From NCBI GenBank assembly GCA_003427395.1, contig BFEA01000041.1:2162015-2226014 (forward strand): a stretch of 64,000 nucleotides of DNA, read 5' to 3'. The notes under the pieces are model-generated. The model saw only the letters and a list, made by a program, of their open reading frames with translations, had not been told where the DNA came from and searched no databases. A program made the translations under genes and the position numbers. Shown piece by piece: positions 59,381 to 64,000 of this stretch (position 1 is the stretch's first letter; each line of letters opens with the position of its first letter). Source of the DNA: Chara braunii. Its lineage: Eukaryota > Plantae > Charophyceae.

Positions 59381-62300
59381 GAGCATCCTTGCCTAGTAGT
59401 AGATCCTTATGCGGCCGCTCCATCTATTGGTGGGAAGCATCACCTGCTGGAAAACGGGTCCAGCGTCCCTTATACAGAATAGATCAGAATAGTTCAGGAC
59501 AATGTCTGGGAAAGTCACTGAGAAAGTCTGAGAAGGTCCGCCTCTTCGTCCGAATTGCCGGATGCCAGAAAAAACTGAGAATTCTAGCAGCCGTTTTGCT
59601 GTCTTCTGGTGTGGCACGGTGGGCCGGAAAGAGTCACTGGGGGACACCAGTGGATCCTCCTTCCGTCTACCGGCCTATCTCCTGATTAGTCTTAAACCAA
59701 AAGTTATGTTAAGGAGAGGGCGTGGGGAGGGAAGGGGTCTGGGAAATCCATGGGGCTACGAATTCCCCTCGGCGGCGGCCATCCGCGGACAAGTCCGCGG
59801 CCGCGGCCTAGGCCGCGACCCCGCGGACGTGTTCGCGGTCCGCGGCCTTGAAAAAAAAAAAAAAAAAAAAAAAGAATTCAAAAAATTCTGAAAAACAAAT
59901 ATGTTATGCAGAAAATATACTGAACAACTTTTGCCTTGTGGTCATATCCAAAAACAATACTGAATTTAAAATAAAAAATCACATACGTTTCATTTTTTTT
60001 TTTGGAAAAAAATAAATAAACAGCTTTTGCCTCAGGAAAATTAGTTTTTGAATTTTTAAAATTCAAAGACGAAGTCAAAAAATAAAATAAAAAATTGCGC
60101 ATTTTAGATCTCGAAAAGATCTACAACCCCATATTTTTTGTTTTTTTTTTTGATAAATTTTCAAGGTCACAAAAAATTCCTGAAAGTCGCGGCCGCACCC
60201 AACCGCGGCCGGAGCCGCGGCGGCCGTGATCACGTCCGCCCTCGGAGCTTGACCCCGTGGACACGTCCGCGGGTGTTTCATAGCCGTGGGGGGCCGCAGA
60301 GGGAACGAGGGGTCCATCTGGGTCCAGTCCTTGAAAACTAATCTATAGTCCTTTATCAATTCCAGATGATCCTGTTGTCCGCCTATTCTATCCCCGCTCC
60401 ATGTGACTTTTGTTACCCATCCTTCCCTTTCCCCTCCCAACCAGTCTGTACAGGAGGCCGTAATCACTCTCCTGATGTCTGTGGTCTGTGTAAAGAGGTC
60501 CAGCTGGGACTTTGTTACGCACCACCTCCTCATGAGTGCCAGCTGTATTTGTTGTTTGATTTGTTCAGTAATTTCCTTTGCTTCTATCCTCACTTTTTCC
60601 AGAGCCAAAACGCATCTTTGTCCCCACAGAGCCCACATCACCGCTCTCCTTCCTAAACCTAACATGTTCTCAACAAAGTCTGAGCTTTCCCCTGCCATCG
60701 GCCAGTGTCCAAGCAGAATGGCTTGCCATGACCATGTTCAGGGAACCTCCGCTACTGTCTTCCGCCAAATGCAGTCCCACCATCTCCACGTGAATTGAGC
60801 TATTGGGCATTGCATGAACATGTGCTCAATAGTCTCCGCCCTCTTATGGGGGGGGAACATGCTCAGGCATCGCTGGCATCAGGGCAGTGCCAAACCCCGT
60901 TGCTCCAGGTTGGTACGGTCTATTAACCACTCATATGTGGGTAGACAACGGTGCACTATCTGCCACTGCAGGGAGGAGATTTTCGCAGGTTTTGACTTCT
61001 GGTCCTTGAACCAGCGGATCGGCTTCAGGAGGGAGCGGTCCACATTGAACTGTTTGGCCCAGCGATCTATGCCCACATCTCGTAGATATCGTTTTGGCCT
61101 ATACATTTTATACGTGGATTTGACTGACAACCTATGGAGTGTTATGCGATCTGTTGTGCCCTCCCCCCTTCTCTGGGGGAGCACCCAGGTCCATTCCCCT
61201 GGATCCAAGGCCAGTTCCTGTATAGCCCATTGGGGTTGAACGACCACTCTCTCCCCTCTCTTCCAAGACCCGGATCCGATACACCAAAGCGTTCTCTAGC
61301 CATTCAGAAGGGGCTCTGCTTCCATTGAGGGTTCCCCTGCGTGTGATGGTGTAGTATTCCACCAGGACCATGCGTGGGTCTAGTACTATAGGATTTGACC
61401 AACTCTTAGTGGAACCCCCTTGGTTGCTACCCAGTCTCCCTCCTTTAGGGAGGACCCTCGTTTGAGGATTTGATACCATGCTATCGGGACAGCCTCGATA
61501 AGATCATCCAGGTGTTGTTCTATGTGGTGACAATGGTGCAGGCTTTGTCGTAGTTGATCCGGTGTTTTCCAATTGCGTCTCTCCTGGTCCCAAAGATTCC
61601 CTACTCTGAGTACTCCCCACTTGACCCAATTCTTCCACGGAAGGGCAGAGCTTAACCTGGTACAGCCCGTTCGGTCTGTCAGCCGTCGGTTGCCAAACAA
61701 GGGTTGGCGATAGATTTCCTCCCAGCGGTCGGGGGGGGGTTGTCGGGGAGCGGGAGCCGCCGCCACACTGCCAACAAGGATGGCCAAAAGTTGTCCCTTG
61801 GTTGGTCTTCTCCTTCCTGTTCAGGATGTTCAAGCTGCTCACCATTTTGCGTGGGAATGTCCAAAAACGGTCCTCCAACCACGTTAACGGATGTATCACT
61901 CGAGAGGCTGTCGGGGCCATGCGGGCCAGGTGCTCCAAAGCCAAAACACACCACGGACTTTGGAGAGAGAAGATCATTTTTTTCACCCATTTTAAGCGCA
62001 GTGCTTGGATTTGTGTATGAGGGTCTATGATCCCTAGGCCCCCTCGGCTTTTGGGCTGGATTGAGTCCCATGCTACCCTGCTGATGGCCTTACTGTTTTT
62101 GCTATCACCTCTCCAAAGGAAGGCTGCTGCCTTTCTTTTGAGTCTCTTTAATGCCCCCTTGCTTAGTGGCCAGAGCACCGATTTGTACCACAGTGTTGCG
62201 GAGGCGACGTTGTTAATGACCAGTGCTCGACCATAGAGGGAGATGTGCTTATTTTTCCAGGTAAGGAGTTTTTGCAGGGCGGGGGTACTCACCCACTCAT

Positions 62301-62723
62301 CATTAGTTGGTGGGCCTCCAACTGCCGTCATGGATACCCCTAGAATCCTCAATGGGATCTCTAATGGCATCCATGCTATATGTGGCGAGTCTGGAGGGCG
62401 CCCCCCTTGATAGTGGATCCACCACCCTTGCGTCTTGCTCCCCCAGTTCACTGATATGTCAGAGACCTTTGTGAATTTTTCCATCATTTTTTGAATTTCT
62501 TCCAAGTTGTTGTGTGTGGCCTCTACCATAATTGTGAGGTCGTCTGCGAAGAGGGAGCAGCCGGGAATGGCCTCTTCTGGAATCTGTGAGATTCGAATCC
62601 TGGTGATACTCTTTGTGCCCAGCGGTTGGCTGCCAGTGCCTCCATGATAATCAAAAATAAAAAGGGAGGCTCGGGTCACCTTGGCGAACCGACCGCTCTA
62701 GCCTTAGAGGCGGTGCCAAGCTC
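59347..62723 (-). mobile_element. 5'-truncated decayed L1/Tx1 LINE
   Basis: RSVRQGDP, SLFADDL, GGLGIID, QPLFGN, CQRC..ETIEHMFMQCP, VMWALWGQRC; tail motif 59417-59469; poly(A); 16-bp TSD ACCGAGAATCCGGACT / ACCGAGAGTCCGGGCT (59331-59346, 62724-62739). Confidence 0.93.
59756..60283. mobile_element. hAT-like MITE with CCGCGG subterminal repeats inserted in the LINE 3' region
   Basis: 8-bp TSD CCATGGGG/CCGTGGGG, short TIR CTACGAA/TTCATAG; removal rejoins LRPP..DFPDPFPP (compare ELFADPFPP in the 35-43 kb LINE). Confidence 0.8.
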
Positions 62724-62865
62724 ACCGAGAGTCCGGGCTGCGTGCCTTGAAAAGAATCCTTGTCTTTTGATATCACCATGATGCATTCCACTGCTATGGG
62801 CCTCGCCACCCCACTGTCCAAACGGAGATTTTCGACAGTATCCTATCGCCACATGGCTGCCCATG

Positions 62866-62970
62866 AAGTAGTCCCATTTCTCGGTTTACGCCTGTCATCC
62901 CTGTGCAGGAGCCATTCTAGTCTTCTGTGTATTGTTCCAGTTAACTTTGAACAGATGTCCCAAAGGACAC
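62866..62970 (-). pseudogene. U6: Variant U6 snRNA-like sequence, unit 1
   Basis: GTGTCCTTTGGGACATCTGTTCAAAGTTAACTGGAACAATACACAGAAGACTAGAATGGCTCCTGCACAGGGATGACAGGCGTAAACCGAGAAATGGGACTACTT is colinear with full-length U6. Confidence 0.85.
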
Positions 62971-63260
62971 AAAACAGTTCAAATTTTTTTTTGTGTGCCT
63001 GAACACCATTTCTCTCTCTCTCTTCCTCCCTCCCCCCCCCCCCCCCCCCCCCCCTCCCTACCGTCCTCCTCTCACGACGAGGTTGACTGTTGTTGCCTGG
63101 GCTTTGCAAGTGGAAGACGCTGCGTCCCTTGAAAAGAATCCTTGTCTTTTGATATCATCATGATGCATTCCGCTGCTATGGGCCTCGCCACCCCACTGTC
63201 CAAGTGGAGATTTTCGACAGTATCGTATCGCCACATGGCCTCACAAATCGACTGCCCATG

Positions 63261-63364
63261 AAGTAGTCCCATTTCTCGGTTTACGCCTGTCTTCCCTGCG
63301 CGGGAGCCATTCTTGTCTTCTGTGTATTGTTCCAGTTAACTTTGAACAGATGTCCAAAGGACAC
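63261..63364 (-). pseudogene. U6: Variant U6 snRNA-like sequence, unit 2
   Basis: As unit 1; internal stem-loop reads CCC-GCGCA-GGG. Confidence 0.85.
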
Positions 63365-63653
63365 AAAACATTTCAAATTTTTTTTGTGTGCCTGAACACC
63401 ATTTGTCTCTCCTTCTTCCTCCTCCCCCTCCCCCCCTCTCCTCCCCCTCCCTCCCTTCCTCCTCTCACTACTTGGTTGACTGTTGTTGCCTGAGCTTTGA
63501 GAGTGGAAGACGCTGCGTCCCTTGAAAAGAATCCATGTCTTTTGATATCACCATGATGTATTCCGCTGCTATGGGCCTCGCTACCCCACTGTCCAAGTGG
63601 AGATTTTCGACAGTATCGTATCGCCACATGGCCTCACAAATAGACTGCCCATG

Positions 63654-63757
63654 AAGTAGTCCCATTTCTCGGTTTACGCCTGCCATCCCTGTGCGGGAGC
63701 CATTCTAGTCTTCTGTGTATCGTTCCAGTTATTTTTGAACAGATGCCCAAAGGACAC
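63654..63757 (-). pseudogene. U6: Variant U6 snRNA-like sequence, unit 3
   Basis: As unit 1; retains GGAACGATAC; internal stem-loop CCC-GCACA-GGG. Confidence 0.85.
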
Positions 63758-64000
63758 AAAACAGTTCAAAAATGTTTTGTGTGCCTGAACACCATTTCTC
63801 TCCCTCTCTTTCTTCCCCCCCCCCTCTCCTCTCCCGGCCCCCCTCCCCGTCCCTACCTTCCTCCTCTCACGCCTTGGTTGACTGTTGTTGCCTGGGCTTT
63901 GAGAGTGGAAGACGATGGTTACCATCACCATCTTGAGTTGACGATATTGGATCAGTAGTCTGTTGCTGGAAACACTGTGCTAGCAAGGATGTGTGTGCCT

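Larger units (their letters stand above)
62737..63913 (-). repeat. Three tandem ~390-bp units each containing a variant U6
   Basis: Units start at 62737, 63119 and 63512 (382/393/402 bp). Confidence 0.95.

Noticed and set aside
62700-62760. U6 array fused to the 59-62 kb LINE by template switching
   Set aside because: A 16-bp TSD bounds the LINE at 62724-62739, so it inserted after the array was in place.

Overview
Eukaryotic, almost entirely repetitive nuclear DNA, most likely from a charalean streptophyte alga (inferred from a mitochondrial insertion carrying nad2 and rps7 pieces and a cox1 exon between a group II and a group I intron). No intact host gene was recognised. The window holds one near-full-length and many 5'-truncated, decayed L1/Tx1-type LINEs, many MITEs (hAT-like, PIF/Harbinger, Tc1/pogo, MULE), microsatellites, three large N-gaps and a Nextera mate-pair adapter artefact. 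Highlights: (1) a ~54-nt motif at the 3' end of ~15 retro-insertions from divergent LINE families that folds, with covariation, into two tandem H-type pseudoknots; (2) dense snRNA relics, including a 3x ~390-bp tandem array built on a variant U6, a pogo-like MITE carrying a U2 fragment, and a TSD-flanked U2 retrocopy; (3) a ~4-kb stretch with scrambled, degenerate LSU-rRNA-like motifs; (4) a TSD-flanked 2.1-kb retro-insertion with an unrecognised ORF and no RT. All homology calls are by eye from remembered consensus sequences and need database confirmation.
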